DNA from: Octopus sinensis
Lineage: Eukaryota
Assembly (NCBI RefSeq): GCF_006345805.1
Contig: NW_021825194.1
Coordinates: 124,001 to 188,000, forward strand
DNA: 64,000 nucleotides
Direction: 5' to 3'
The position numbers and the translations under genes were made by a program. Shown in pieces: positions 24,287 through 35,017 of the stretch; within the stretch, counting starts at the first letter, position 1; every line of letters starts with the position of its first letter. Below the pieces are notes generated by a model. The model did no database searches and was not told the DNA's origin. It saw nothing but the letters and a program-made list of their open reading frames with translations.

Positions 24287-26199
24287 TAGCGTTATCATTG
24301 CTATCATTGTTATCATTTCTTTTTCATCATTCCTCTCTTCCTGTTTTCGATTTGACCCAACGGATACACTCCCTATTTTTAGGTCACTTTAAGTAAAATC
24401 CTTTGACTCTACAACACTGTGTATAAATTCTGTACTTGGAATGATCGAGTTTAAAAACTGCTGGATCTCACTCATAAGCTATTGGAAACTTACATTGTGT
24501 ATAAACTCTATATTTGGAAGGATACAATTTTCAACTCTGTTGGACTTTACTCATAAGGTATCGGAATCCTATATATATACCATTCTACCTAAAAATGGAT
24601 CTACAACTTCAGTATCCCTACATATCTTGCATCTATTTTCTTTCCTCCTCCTTCCTCTCCGTCTCCGATGGAGGGATATAATTAATATCCTGGAAACAGC
24701 TGTAAGACCTATCTATAAATGTTGTAATATCTACACAACCTTGGTTTTTTTTATCTCATTACGCAAAAAATTCTTATATGCACACGCTGACATAGAACCA
24801 AAGTTGAACCCCTTATTCGCAAAATTACCGAACCTGGAACTTAACTATGGTTTGTCTATAGCACTTATTCAGCATTACCTGACACTTTGGGGTCTCAATG
24901 ACACCATTACCTCTTATAACCTCAATTTATATATTTTTACGCATTTTTTCTGTATTTTACCTTTCACCCTGCATTTTTCTTGTGCATATGCGTATATAAA
25001 CTTTTCTGTGCGCGTATGGGTATATACACGTGTGTGTGCGCGTGTGCGGATATGTATATATGTACATGTATATGTACATGTGTATGGTTGCATATGTATG
25101 TGGTTATACATGCATGTGTTTCATGCGAGTGTGAGTGAGCGTATGCTTATATAGCATGTGCGTATTTTAGACGTGTATTTGAATATAATTGTGCACGTAT
25201 GGGTATGTGCATATGTGTGTGCGCGCATGCGCGTGTACGGATATGTATACGTTTAGTTGCATGATTGCATATACATGTCATATATAGGCGTATGTGTGGG
25301 TCTGCATGTATGTGTTTCACACGTTTCATAGAAATACTTGAGCTCTGGCAATTGGGTTGTAATACCCTTTTTTAATTTGTGGACTTCGTTGATATCCACA
25401 GTCATCTGGAACGTTTCTGGTGGGTATACTGAAGAGTTCCACCTGCTTCAAATTTATTTCTAATTCGAGTGATTGCAAGTTGCGTAGGGGGATCTTTTTG
25501 ATACTTCTTCCTCAACTACCTTTGTATTTCGACCGCGTTTTCAAACTTCCAGTAGCATTTTAAGATAAATTTTCTATGTTCAAAGCGTACCCTGGCTCCC
25601 CTCATTATTTGTAAAGAATTAAATCGAAAGAGATATGAAAATTAAGTGAATTGTCAGTTGTTAAAGAGTGTATACATTTATATTTATCTGTGTATATACG
25701 AATAAGTGAACATTCGAAAGAAAGTAGCACTCAACACATTTAGATAGAATTCTAAAGTATTCAATAATAAATTGGTTCAGTTTCACAGTACTTAAATTTC
25801 CGAAGGCGCAGAACACACACATGAACTCAGAAATTTAAAATAACTTGTAGATGAAAATATTTGGGTCCCCAATTGCTCAGTCGAAGTCTCTTGCTTTCTG
25901 TAGCTAAGCAGCAACAGCAGCTAATTCCACTATGTTCTACGCGGTAAATAGTGTACTGACGTCAAGTAGTCGATGGCCTGTAAAATTCAACAGTTTAATG
26001 ATGACACTTGCATGTGTACCGCGTGGTGAGATAACCTGTTTGATGATACCAGTTTGCATGGCTGCGTTGAGTAATGATAGTAAGGTCTTGTAGGCTACAA
26101 TGCAGGGTATATACTATCTATACTTGTACGTGGGTTAGCAAGACCGAGGCACAGAATCCAAGTTACTGGCGGTCAATGGTTTGACGTCCATTAACAGGT

Positions 26200-27350
26200 G
26201 TATATTTGATGACTACAATATGATTGATCTATTTTTCTGTTGTAATATATGCAGTTTCTCTCGGAGTCGGAGTTGGCAATTTCGAAGTTCATATGTTAAA
26301 GAGGGACCCTGTGAAAGATACCTTGTGTAGTGATAGAGAAATCATTTTCTTGGAACCGGACTCTACAGACAAAATGAGACAGAGAAATGTAGATTTTCTT
26401 GTCCCTATATTCGAAGGAGGGCATTGCAACGTGAATCTTCCCAGGAAGTCATTAGCTATTATGCTCCTGTAGTGTTTCGTAATGCTGTGCGTGTATGGAT
26501 GGCTTCATACATCACAACATTTGAAAGACGGTTACTCTTAGTTTGCGGTAGGTGGAATTTGGGCAATTATTGAATGGAGTGTGGGTTAGAAACTGCTTGG
26601 GCACGTTTTTTTTTATAGTAGCGTGAAATATCGGAAGAGATAATATATAAGCATGAGTCACTACCCATGATACTATGGACATCAAAGAGTTTATGACACC
26701 TGTAACTTCTTGGGAAATGCTGTCTACTTAACAAGAATCTTATAGATAAATTAGATTTTGAATTGCATAGTAGATTGCGCCACATTTCCATTCCTTTTTT
26801 AACTTTCTTCGGGTTCGGGGGCGCTTGCACTAAATTATCTGTAAAATCACTCCTTAATTCTACTTCATTTTAATGGGATGCTACCTTGTTAAAGTACCCT
26901 CTGTCTGCTGTTAGGTTTGAGAGACTTCTGTTTGTGCCCGCGACTAGTTTTCTAATTACAACTTGGGGTTGTTTGAAATTTCTATGGATATAAGTAGTTT
27001 TCACATTAAGTGTTAGAATTGCTTGCCTTGTGATTAAGGATGACATCTAGAAATCGGCCTTCGTTAATTTGGTGGTAACAGTTATACTTAAGCCGAATTC
27101 CTTGAAGATGTTTATAAAATTCTTTCTAAACTTACCCAGAGTGTGTCGATTCATACGGTTTGTGACTGCCAGGACAACGTCCACGTACATGTCGTTTTTT
27201 AGAGTGTACAAAGTGTCTCTCTACTTTTTACTCGATAAGAATCATTGTGGAACAGGTGTGGCTTCTTAACGTTCACAACAATTTTGGTATCGAAATCGCT
27301 AATTCTACTAAACTGTCTTCTGAAATCTGGAGCTAGTTGAACTTTCAGGC
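26200..27350 (-). pseudogene. Highly degenerate PLE remnant (RT C-terminal half, linker, GIY-YIG), same lineage as 1-975
   Basis: Manual translation: MYVD..FRKNFINIFKEFGLSITVTTKL, YIHRNFKQPQVVIRKL..RSLSNL, QHFPRSYRCHKLFD..SDSC, NVVMYEA; many stops and shifts. Confidence 0.6.
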
Positions 27351-28269
27351 GGCATTATTTTCGAGAAACACATTCGTGTGCACATTTAAGTACCAGACTA
27401 TGTATGTGTACTTATTGTGTAAAGATGTTTATAAATGAGAACTGTTACGTTCCTGTGAGCAAGTGTGTATGAATATGCATGCTGATTTCTGATACGTCCA
27501 GTTCTGTTGATCATAAAAACAGAATTTAAGAACGCCATTAGTCATCTAGCTGCACGGATTTACTGCCAACAAAATGTTAGCCATTTGATTGTGTTCATTA
27601 CTTTCTCCGCTTTCTATAGAGATGTTTTGATTAAAAAATAGATTTACTACAAAATAAGATAGCTATAGGAAATATATAATGTAAATAAAATGAAGATTTT
27701 TAAAGATTATTTCTATTTCTTAAGGGGAAACAAGAACTCAATGAAACGATGTGACAATGTCAAGTTGAAAATGTTGAAAATACAAGTTTTTTTTCAAAAG
27801 TCTATAAAAAGAATACATTCAATATAAGCAAAGAAGTGACAGGTCGATAAGCCTAAGTCATTAAAGTTTAAATTTGAAATACTTTTCATTATAGAGAAAG
27901 CAGAAAATGTTGAAGCTACAATCTTCGCACAATATTTCACTGTTGACTAACATCCCTGAGCGTTATGGAGAAATTACAATTTCTAATATAGAAATGTCAC
28001 TACTCTTGTGATATGGATTGCTGAAAGAAAGATTTTCAAAGGCTTCTCTGTGAAGAATGAGAAAAACTTAGTTGTATTAGTTTGGCAGTAACTGACACTG
28101 TAGATTGCTTTTCAAAAGTCTCGATACAGAATAGTTACCAATACTGAAACATTAATAAATAATTTATGATATCTTGAGAGGGTGTCTACGAGAAGAAGTT
28201 TAAACAGCTTTTCATTGTGTAAACTGAACCTGCAGATTATTGGCGAGGGACTCGTGGAAAATATGAAAT

Positions 28270-28420
28270 AGATATGTGTGTGTATGTGAGCGTGTCGCGA
28301 CTTTCAGTTTCCACCTACCAAATTCACTCACAATGCATTGGTAGGCTCAGGGCTATAGTCTAACACACTGGCTTAAGATTCTACGTGAGGGAAATAAATT
28401 CGAAACTACATGATCGAAAA
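28270..28420 (-). mobile_element. Old, diverged copy of the tRNA-derived SINE
   Basis: TTTCAGTTTCCACCTACCAAATTCACTCACAATGCATTGGT matches the reverse complement of the SINE body at 52870-52925. Confidence 0.75.
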
Positions 28421-28616
28421 ATCAAACAGAAACCACGATAAGTTCACTACCCGACGTACGGTTATCAAGAAAGGCATAGTTGTTTCGAGTATTAAATTCC
28501 GAACATCCAGAAATCATAATGGTGATGAGTATATTAATCAAAATTCAGAGAGGCGCGAGATAAATATTTATTCCGTATGTTGACAACAGTTTTGTAATTT
28601 ATATCTAGTTATTTCA

Positions 28617-28671
28617 CTGCTATTTCTAGCAATGATCGTACTTCGTGTACATTCGCTTTGTGTTCATATAT

Positions 28672-28723
<52 letters not shown>

Positions 28724-29070
28724 TGCACTGCAAAACATTTTATATTCGAGTACTACCTAATACTATGGTCATGTACCTACACGTAATGCTATAAATATAC
28801 TCAGTTTGCCGAATCCTTTAGATGGATTAGCTTAACTTATACCACTTGTATCATTATCATTATTTCTGACTTATAAGAGAATAATTCCTAACAAAATTGT
28901 ATAGTTAAAATACTTGTATTTCACTCAATAAGGCAAAATTGGAATTGATAAACATGCCCTAATCCGGTTTATTCCTGGTTTATTAATTCCTTTTATTAAT
29001 TATAAATAGGTATGTTTATTGCACATGACCATAATAGGTAATCTCTGGATGTTTTGCAGTGCATGTGTGT

Positions 29071-29111
<41 letters not shown>

Positions 29112-29166
29112 ATATAAGAACACAAAGCGAATGTACACGAAGTACGATCATTGCTAGAAATAGCAG
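28617..29166. mobile_element. MITE-like fold-back element with about 120-bp inverted arms containing (CA)n
   Basis: 28617-28738 is the near-perfect reverse complement of 29049-29166; no clear TSD. Confidence 0.65.
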
Positions 29167-29289
29167 CCGGTAAGTTATCGGCGCTATGTAGAGCTTCGCT
29201 GAATGTTCACAGGCAGAGATGTTTGCGGATGGTGAATATAGGAAAATTGTGTCTTACCTCTACGAAGATCGTTAGAAAAATGAAAGATA

Positions 29290-29334
29290 ATTGAATACTG
29301 CAGTTTCAGTTCAATTGGTCTTCTTCAGTTAAAT
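29290..29334 (-). ncRNA. Degenerate type I hammerhead motif
   Basis: ATTTAA-CTGAAGA-AG..CT-GAAA-C-TGCA-GT-A-TTCAAT (one stem I mismatch, short stem II). Confidence 0.6.
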
Positions 29335-29590
29335 ATACCGTTAGTGACCGAAATTTCAAAATATTCACTACATGTCTGCTTGTTTACTTGGTGTACATTC
29401 GCTTTGTATTCATAATTCTACCTTTTATGGTACTTTATTCTTGCTGGATAGTAATATTCTTATTTTTAATAATATATATATCCCTTCCATATCTTTTCAC
29501 TGATCTTGGTTCGAATTTGATTGGTGTTTTCAACTGAGTAAACAGGTAGAGATGTAGTGAATATTTTGAAATTTCGGTCGCAAATGGTAC

Positions 29591-29664
29591 ATTCAACTGA
29601 AGGAGACCAATAGGATTCGTGCCTACACACGTGATACGAAAAGTCTGAAACGGCAATATTGAAT
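29591..29664 (+). ncRNA. Degenerate type I hammerhead motif (inverted partner of 29290-29334)
   Basis: ATTCAA-CTGAAGG-AGAC...GTCT-GAAA-C-GGCA-AT-A-TTGAAT (perfect stem I; A9G; stem III mismatch). Confidence 0.55.
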
Positions 29665-29799
29665 TATTCTTCATTGCTCTAACGGTCTTCGTAGAGTTAA
29701 GACAGAATTCGTTTTGTATTCATAATTCTACCTTTTATGGTGCTTTATTCATGATGGATAGTAATATTATTATTTTTTATAATATTTATATCTCTTGTG

Positions 29800-29832
<33 letters not shown>

Positions 29833-29839
29833 TATATAT

Positions 29840-29962
29840 ACCAAATATAGTCATAAGGTTTTGGTTGACAGAAGACACTTGCCCAAGGTGGCACGCAATT
29901 GGACTGAACCCGATAAGATGTGGTTCGGAAGCAAGCATTTTACTACACAGCCATCCTTGTGT
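29840..29962 (-). mobile_element. SINE head fragment
   Basis: GAAGACACTTGCCCAAGGTGGCACGC..GACTGAACCC..ACACAGCCA is the reverse complement of the SINE 5' region. Confidence 0.8.
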
Positions 29963-30108
29963 CGATACATACATACATACATACATACATACATACATAC
30001 ATACATACATACATACATAATACATACATACATACATACATACATACATACATACATACATACATACATACATACATACATACATACATACATACATACA
30101 TACATAAG
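29963..30108. repeat. (ATAC)n microsatellite
   Basis: Direct inspection. Confidence 0.95.
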
Positions 30109-30556
30109 TACGTACGTAAAAATCGGACACTGAACTGAAATTGGAAGAAAAAAAAAAAACTACACGCACCACGACACAAATTGTAAAAAGGAAAAACTTT
30201 ATTTTCTTTTTCTCCACCTTTTTATCCTTTTCTCCACTTTTTAAAATAAAACTTCAATATGACTGAACTTTCAACCTTGTACATTTGTTATAATATTCAC
30301 CAAACATTTACACTTCTATTATCTATCCCCGTGAAACTCATTGAAATTCTGTGAACGTTTGAATATTTGATTGTTTAAGCATATTTCACCTTGTAACTTT
30401 AAACTCGCCTAAACCCTTTATATATTTGTACCACTGATAAGCAAAGCAAATTGTCGAGACTGGTTTGGCATTTGAATAAATCTATTACGAAATTTTAAAA
30501 CGACACGTTTTGAGATTCAGGTGCATTTTAAAAATACCTAAAACAAATTCTCCTAT

Positions 30557-30557
30557 C

Positions 30558-30633
<76 letters not shown>

Positions 30634-30675
30634 CGTCTTATCTACCTTTATACATACATGTATATATATATATAA

Positions 30676-30735
<60 letters not shown>
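30557..30735. repeat. (ATCT)n and (TA)n microsatellites at the 3' flank of the PLE chain
   Basis: Direct inspection. Confidence 0.95.
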
Positions 30736-30740
<5 letters not shown>

Positions 30741-30873
30741 AAAATAGTAAAGAGTGAAAAAACGACAGAAGGCTTAAATGTTAAAAAATATATATATTTG
30801 CGTCAAAATGTCTGGAGAATATTGGAAAAATTTTTTTCCCCTCCTTAAAATGACATAATTTTATAATTTTTAA

Positions 30874-30910
30874 AGAAATACCGGTTTCGCAGTTAGCTCT
30901 TCAAATTTCT
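30874..30910 (-). ncRNA. Minimal hammerhead motif in family 1 pLTR
   Basis: AGAAAT-TTGAAGA-GC-TAACT-GC-GAAA-CCGG-TA-TTTCT; C3U and one extra U next to stem I. Confidence 0.65.
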
Positions 30911-31038
30911 TGTGACTTAATGTTTATTTTTAATAACGTAATCCTTGTATTTTTGCTACGGAGAGTTCTAAATAAGGGAAAGTAGTGAGTGATTTCTTCC
31001 GGTGTAAGGGAGATAATCGCTTAAAAAAATTTTTTCCT

Positions 31039-33366
31039 TTAGTGTGAATTTCTCTGTATTATTGAGTTCGGATAGTTGAGTCTGGGTTTGTACTTTTCAA
31101 TGAAGAATGTTTCCTTATTTAGTCTAATTTGTGATGATGATCCGAAAGCACATTGGTAAAATGGAAAGATTAAAAATTGTGGTTGTAGTTGCTTTGCGCA
31201 TTTCTCAATGTGTTCACTAAAAGGTATCATTCTATATTCTGGGAATGCAATCTGTTGTCGATGCAGTGTGCATCTACGTCTGAGTGATAGTCCCGTGGAC
31301 CCCACGTAGTCTTGGTGGCAGCCCGAGCATTTAATGACATAAATTATGTTTTCAGAGGCACAAGTAAAGTTAGATTTGATCTTGAATTTCTGTCCCTCTT
31401 TAAAGAAGAATTCTGATCCTTCCAATAGGTTAGGACATGTTGCACAGTTCGATCTACCACATTTTTTTACTTTTGCATCCGTAATTTTAGAAGACAATTT
31501 TGCCTTTGTGAGAATCTTTTTAAGTGATTTAGGCTGTTTGTAGCTTTTAATGATTTGGTGTATGTTTAGAATTTCCTTTAATTTGGGGTTTTTATGAAGT
31601 ATTGGTAAATTCTGGGTGATGATGGTGAAAGCTTCTTTGTTTCTGGGGTTGTATGTAGATATGTAAGGTAGTATTTTCGGGGAAGGTGTGTTGTTGTGTT
31701 GAACTTTTCTTAAAGTTTCTATGTTGATTTCTGTTGCACGTCTGATCCCATCCTCTATGAGTTGAGTTGGGTAATGTCTGTCAATTAAGGTGTTTTTGAG
31801 TTCTTGCAGTCTGAAGTTCCTGGTGTTTTGTTCTGACACTATTGTGCATATCCTTCTTGCAAGGTTGAAGGGGATGTTTGTTTTAGTGTGTCTTGGGTGG
31901 CATGAACTAAAAAGAAGGTATTGTTTGGCGTCTGTGGCTTTGTAGAAAATGTCTGTTTCTATTTTAAGGTTAATTTTTTTAATTAGTATATCCAAGAACG
32001 GGAGTTCCTTTTGGTTGTATTCCATTGTGAACTGTATATTTGGGTTTATGCTGTTCAATAGGTTTTTAAATTTTAAGAGTTTATCTGTGTTTTCATTCCA
32101 GAGAATAAAACAATCGTCCAAGAATCGTTTCCAGTTCTCTTTTATGTATTGAGAGAGGGGGTTTCCAAAGATTGATAAGGATTCCTGGTAAATGGTTATT
32201 TCCATGTATCCCATTGTTAAGTTCGCAATGACTGGTGCTGCCCTTGTACCCATAGCAATTCCGGATTTTTGACGGTAAAATGTATTGTCAAACATGAAGT
32301 GGTTATTGTGTAGGATGAATTCAATTGATTTAGTAATGAATTCTTTACTTTTTGGTATTTCTTCCGGAAATTGGTCTAACCAGAACTGAATTGCTTCCAG
32401 TCCATAATTATGAGGTATACTGGTATACAAGTTGACTACATCAAATGAAACCAGGATTGTTTCTTCTTCCTTGGCTTTTTTTGGGAGGTGGTTTAACATA
32501 TCTAAGTCATCTCTGATATGGCTATCGATATGTTTAAGGAAGGGTTTCAGGAGGATGTCCATAAGCAGACTTAGTCTGTGTGTTTCACAGGTTGGGCCAG
32601 CTACAATGGGTCGTAGTTTTAGGTCCCCCGGGTTGGGTGTGTGTATGTATGTCTTTGGTGATTTTTTAATGGTTTCATTTATAATTTGACTTTTATGAAT
32701 TTTTGGCAGACCATAGAAAAGGCTAGGTTTGCATTTGAAGTTTGTTAGGAAATCAATCTTTTTGGTTGTTAGTTCCTTTTCATGGGTTTTAATTAGTGAA
32801 GATAGAGTTTTCATTATTTTTTGTGGGGTGTAGTTGGTAATTTTTTCATAATGTAGGTCGTCATCAAGCAAGGAAATTACAAGATTTCTGTAGTATGATG
32901 TATCCATTATTACAACTGCATTTCCCTTGTCTGCTTCCTTAATGGTTATATCCTCATCATTTTGAAGTTCTATCAGTTCTTTCCATTGTGTAGTGTTAAA
33001 ATTTGGGTTAGATTTCTGTTTATGTATAGTATGGTAGGGGAAGTTCTCAATGTGGTTACAGAATTCGTCAAGATCTTTATTTCTTCCTCTGTGTGGGATG
33101 TGTTCACTTTTGTTCTTGACTAGTGATTCATCTTCAGTATTGAAACTGGTTGATGCTTCTGCTAGTCTTAATTTTCTGCAAAATTCTGTTATATTATCCT
33201 TGAGTTCATTTAGGTTTGCTCTGCGTGGAGTTGGTGTAAATTTGAGCCCTTTTGCGAGGATGTCAATTTTTATGTTAGAAAGAGGTTTGGTTGAAAGATT
33301 GATTATCTTCGGTTTTTCCTTATTACTAGGTTCCAGCCTGTGTCCTGGTGTCCCTGGTCCCTGGCT
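31039..33366 (-). CDS. PLE family 1 copy A ORF2: reverse transcriptase + GIY-YIG endonuclease (open from the slippery site, about 775 aa)
   Basis: KGLKFTPTP, ITIKEADKG, FYGLPKIHK, RPIV, VSFDVVNLYTSIP, GIAMGT, FLDD, CGRSNCATC, IYVIKC..C..DYVGST. No ATG until 32907. Confidence 0.9.
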   Translation of the reverse strand, partial: SQGPGTPGHRLEPSNKEKPKIINLSTKPLSNIKIDILAKGLKFTPTPRRANLNELKDNITEFCRKLRLAEASTSFNTEDESLVKNKSEHIPHRGRNKDLDEFCNHIENFPYHTIHKQKSNPNFNTTQWKELIELQNDEDITIKEADKGNAVVIMDTSYYRNLVISLLDDDLHYEKITNYTPQKIMKTLSSLIKTHEKELTTKKIDFLTNFKCKPSLFYGLPKIHKSQIINETIKKSPKTYIHTPNPGDLKLRPIVAGPTCETHRLSLLMDILLKPFLKHIDSHIRDDLDMLNHLPKKAKEEETILVSFDVVNLYTSIPHNYGLEAIQFWLDQFPEEIPKSKEFITKSIEFILHNNHFMFDNTFYRQKSGIAMGTRAAPVIANLTMGYMEITIYQESLSIFGNPLSQYIKENWKRFLDDCFILWNENTDKLLKFKNLLNSINPNIQFTMEYNQKELPFLDILIKKINLKIETDIFYKATDAKQYLLFSSCHPRHTKTNIPFNLARRICTIVSEQNTRNFRLQELKNTLIDRHYPTQLIEDGIRRATEINIETLRKVQHNNTPSPKILPYISTYNPRNKEAFTIITQNLPILHKNPKLKEILNIHQIIKSYKQPKSLKKILTKAKLSSKITDAKVKKCGRSNCATCPNLLEGSEFFFKEGQKFKIKSNFTCASENIIYVIKCSGCHQDYVGSTGLSLRRRCTLHRQQIAFPEYRMIPFSEHIEKCAKQLQPQFLIFPFYQCAFGSSSQIRLNKETFFIEKYKPRLNYPNSIIQRNSH

Positions 33367-34649
33367 AAAAAATGTTGGGTGTAATTTTGTTGTATGAGTT
33401 GTCTGTGAGGTTGTGTGGTATTTGGTCGGGGGAGTGGTGGTATTGTTGCCTCCGATCGTTGTGTGTGTGGGAATCTATGGTTGTTATTGCTTGTGGTGTG
33501 TGTAAAATTTCTGTATGGGAAATATTTTTGTTTCGAACTGCTTGTATGTGGGATGTTGCTTGACATAGTGTTTCTTTGTGTTTGTCTTAGTGGGGACCAG
33601 TAATTTTGGTTCATGGGGTAGTAGCGATTTGTGTGTGGTGTATTTCTTATTCTAGTGTCGTATTGTGCTGTATGGTGGTTGGGTCTGGTATTAGGATGTT
33701 GTTGGTTTGTTCTGTTTTTGGTGTAATTTCTTTCATAGACGCGTCCTCTGTCAGCTAGTTCCCTGTTAGGTCTAGCGTGGTTTGTAAAGGTTGGTTGTGG
33801 GTGATTTCTGTTTTTAGTGTATGGAGGATAGTTGGGGGTTGTTCGTGGGTTGTTAGGTTTTTCTTTTTTATTTATTGTAATTTTCTTAAGGAAGGGATTA
33901 TTTGTACCCAATTCATTTTTGAAGGTTTCACTATATTTTTGGAAGAAGTCCATGTTTTTCTCCCAGCGTAGGAGAGAATTTCTCTCTTCTCTCTCACAGG
34001 AATCCTTCCAATGATCCAATGTATTATCGAGGGGTTGTCCCTCGGTATGTTTGAGTATTATATTGTGCATCTCCTCGTCTATGCTTTTAAGTTTTTCTTC
34101 ATTTGTGGAGGCCCTGAGTCTTAGAAGCTCTATTTCTGATTTAAAATTGAACAGAGCTGACTTTTCTCTAATAGATCTCTGTCCGTCAGGCTCGTTAGGA
34201 ATTAATTTTATCTGGAATTTGCGTGGGAGGATAAATGGTGTTGAGTTTATCCATCCCTCGTAGATATCTGCTTTGTTGGAATTTTCTATCATGTTCCAGA
34301 AGGTGAGTTTTCTGTTGTGCAGGTTTGTATTCCAAACGTTTCCTATTTTTCTTTTTGCTGGGTTGGTTTGGGTGCGTATGGTTTCCTGCTGTGTTTCATT
34401 AGGTGCCTGTGTATTATTTTCGGATTTGTTGATGAAAAATGAGTTTAGCGTTGTATATAACAGTTGTAGATCCTTACTCACCTGGTCAGTGTAGCGGGTT
34501 GCATCATCATTGCTTTTACTTTCCCGGGCGAGTAAGTTTGATTCCTCGATTTTGTTGTTCAGGTTAAGAAGCTGTGAATTAATATTTTTCAGTTCTTTGA
34601 GTATGTCCTCATTTAAGGTTTTGTCCGAGGTGTTTGTCTTCTGTGGCAT
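33303..34649 (-). CDS. PLE family 1 copy A ORF1 (448 aa; helical/coiled-coil core, basic disordered C-terminus), function unknown
   Basis: Intact ORF beginning MPQKTN; clear homology to ORF 41947-43179. Confidence 0.8.
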   Translation of the reverse strand: MPQKTNTSDKTLNEDILKELKNINSQLLNLNNKIEESNLLARESKSNDDATRYTDQVSKDLQLLYTTLNSFFINKSENNTQAPNETQQETIRTQTNPAKRKIGNVWNTNLHNRKLTFWNMIENSNKADIYEGWINSTPFILPRKFQIKLIPNEPDGQRSIREKSALFNFKSEIELLRLRASTNEEKLKSIDEEMHNIILKHTEGQPLDNTLDHWKDSCEREERNSLLRWEKNMDFFQKYSETFKNELGTNNPFLKKITINKKEKPNNPRTTPNYPPYTKNRNHPQPTFTNHARPNRELADRGRVYERNYTKNRTNQQHPNTRPNHHTAQYDTRIRNTPHTNRYYPMNQNYWSPLRQTQRNTMSSNIPHTSSSKQKYFPYRNFTHTTSNNNHRFPHTQRSEATIPPLPRPNTTQPHRQLIQQNYTQHFLARDQGHQDTGWNLVIRKNRR

Positions 34650-34852
34650 TTTCGTTCTCACGTGTTTAATATATAGATAAGAAAGTTTGTTTGGTAAAGC
34701 ACGTGGGTGAATATATAAGAAAATAGTAAAGAGTGAAAAAACGACAGAAGGCTTAAATGTTAAAAAATATATATATTTGCGTCAAAATGTCTGGAGAATA
34801 TTGGAAAAATTTTTTTCCCCTCCTTAAAATGACATAATTTTATAATTTTTAA

Positions 34853-34889
34853 AGAAATACCGGTTTCGCAGTTAGCTCTTCAAATTTCT
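34853..34889 (-). ncRNA. Minimal hammerhead motif in family 1 pLTR (middle copy)
   Basis: Same sequence as 30874-30910. Confidence 0.65.
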
Positions 34890-35017
34890 TGTGACTTAAT
34901 GTTTATTTTTAATAACGTAATCCTTGTATTTTTGCTACGGAGAGTTCTAAATAAGGGAAAGTAGTGAGTGATTTCTTCCGGTGTAAGGGAGATAATCGCT
35001 TAAAAAAATTTTTTCCT

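Noticed and set aside
24441-25154. 237-aa plus-strand ORF
   Set aside because: No recognisable motif; the C-terminal third is GT-rich simple sequence. It may be a decayed repeat but I cannot support a call.
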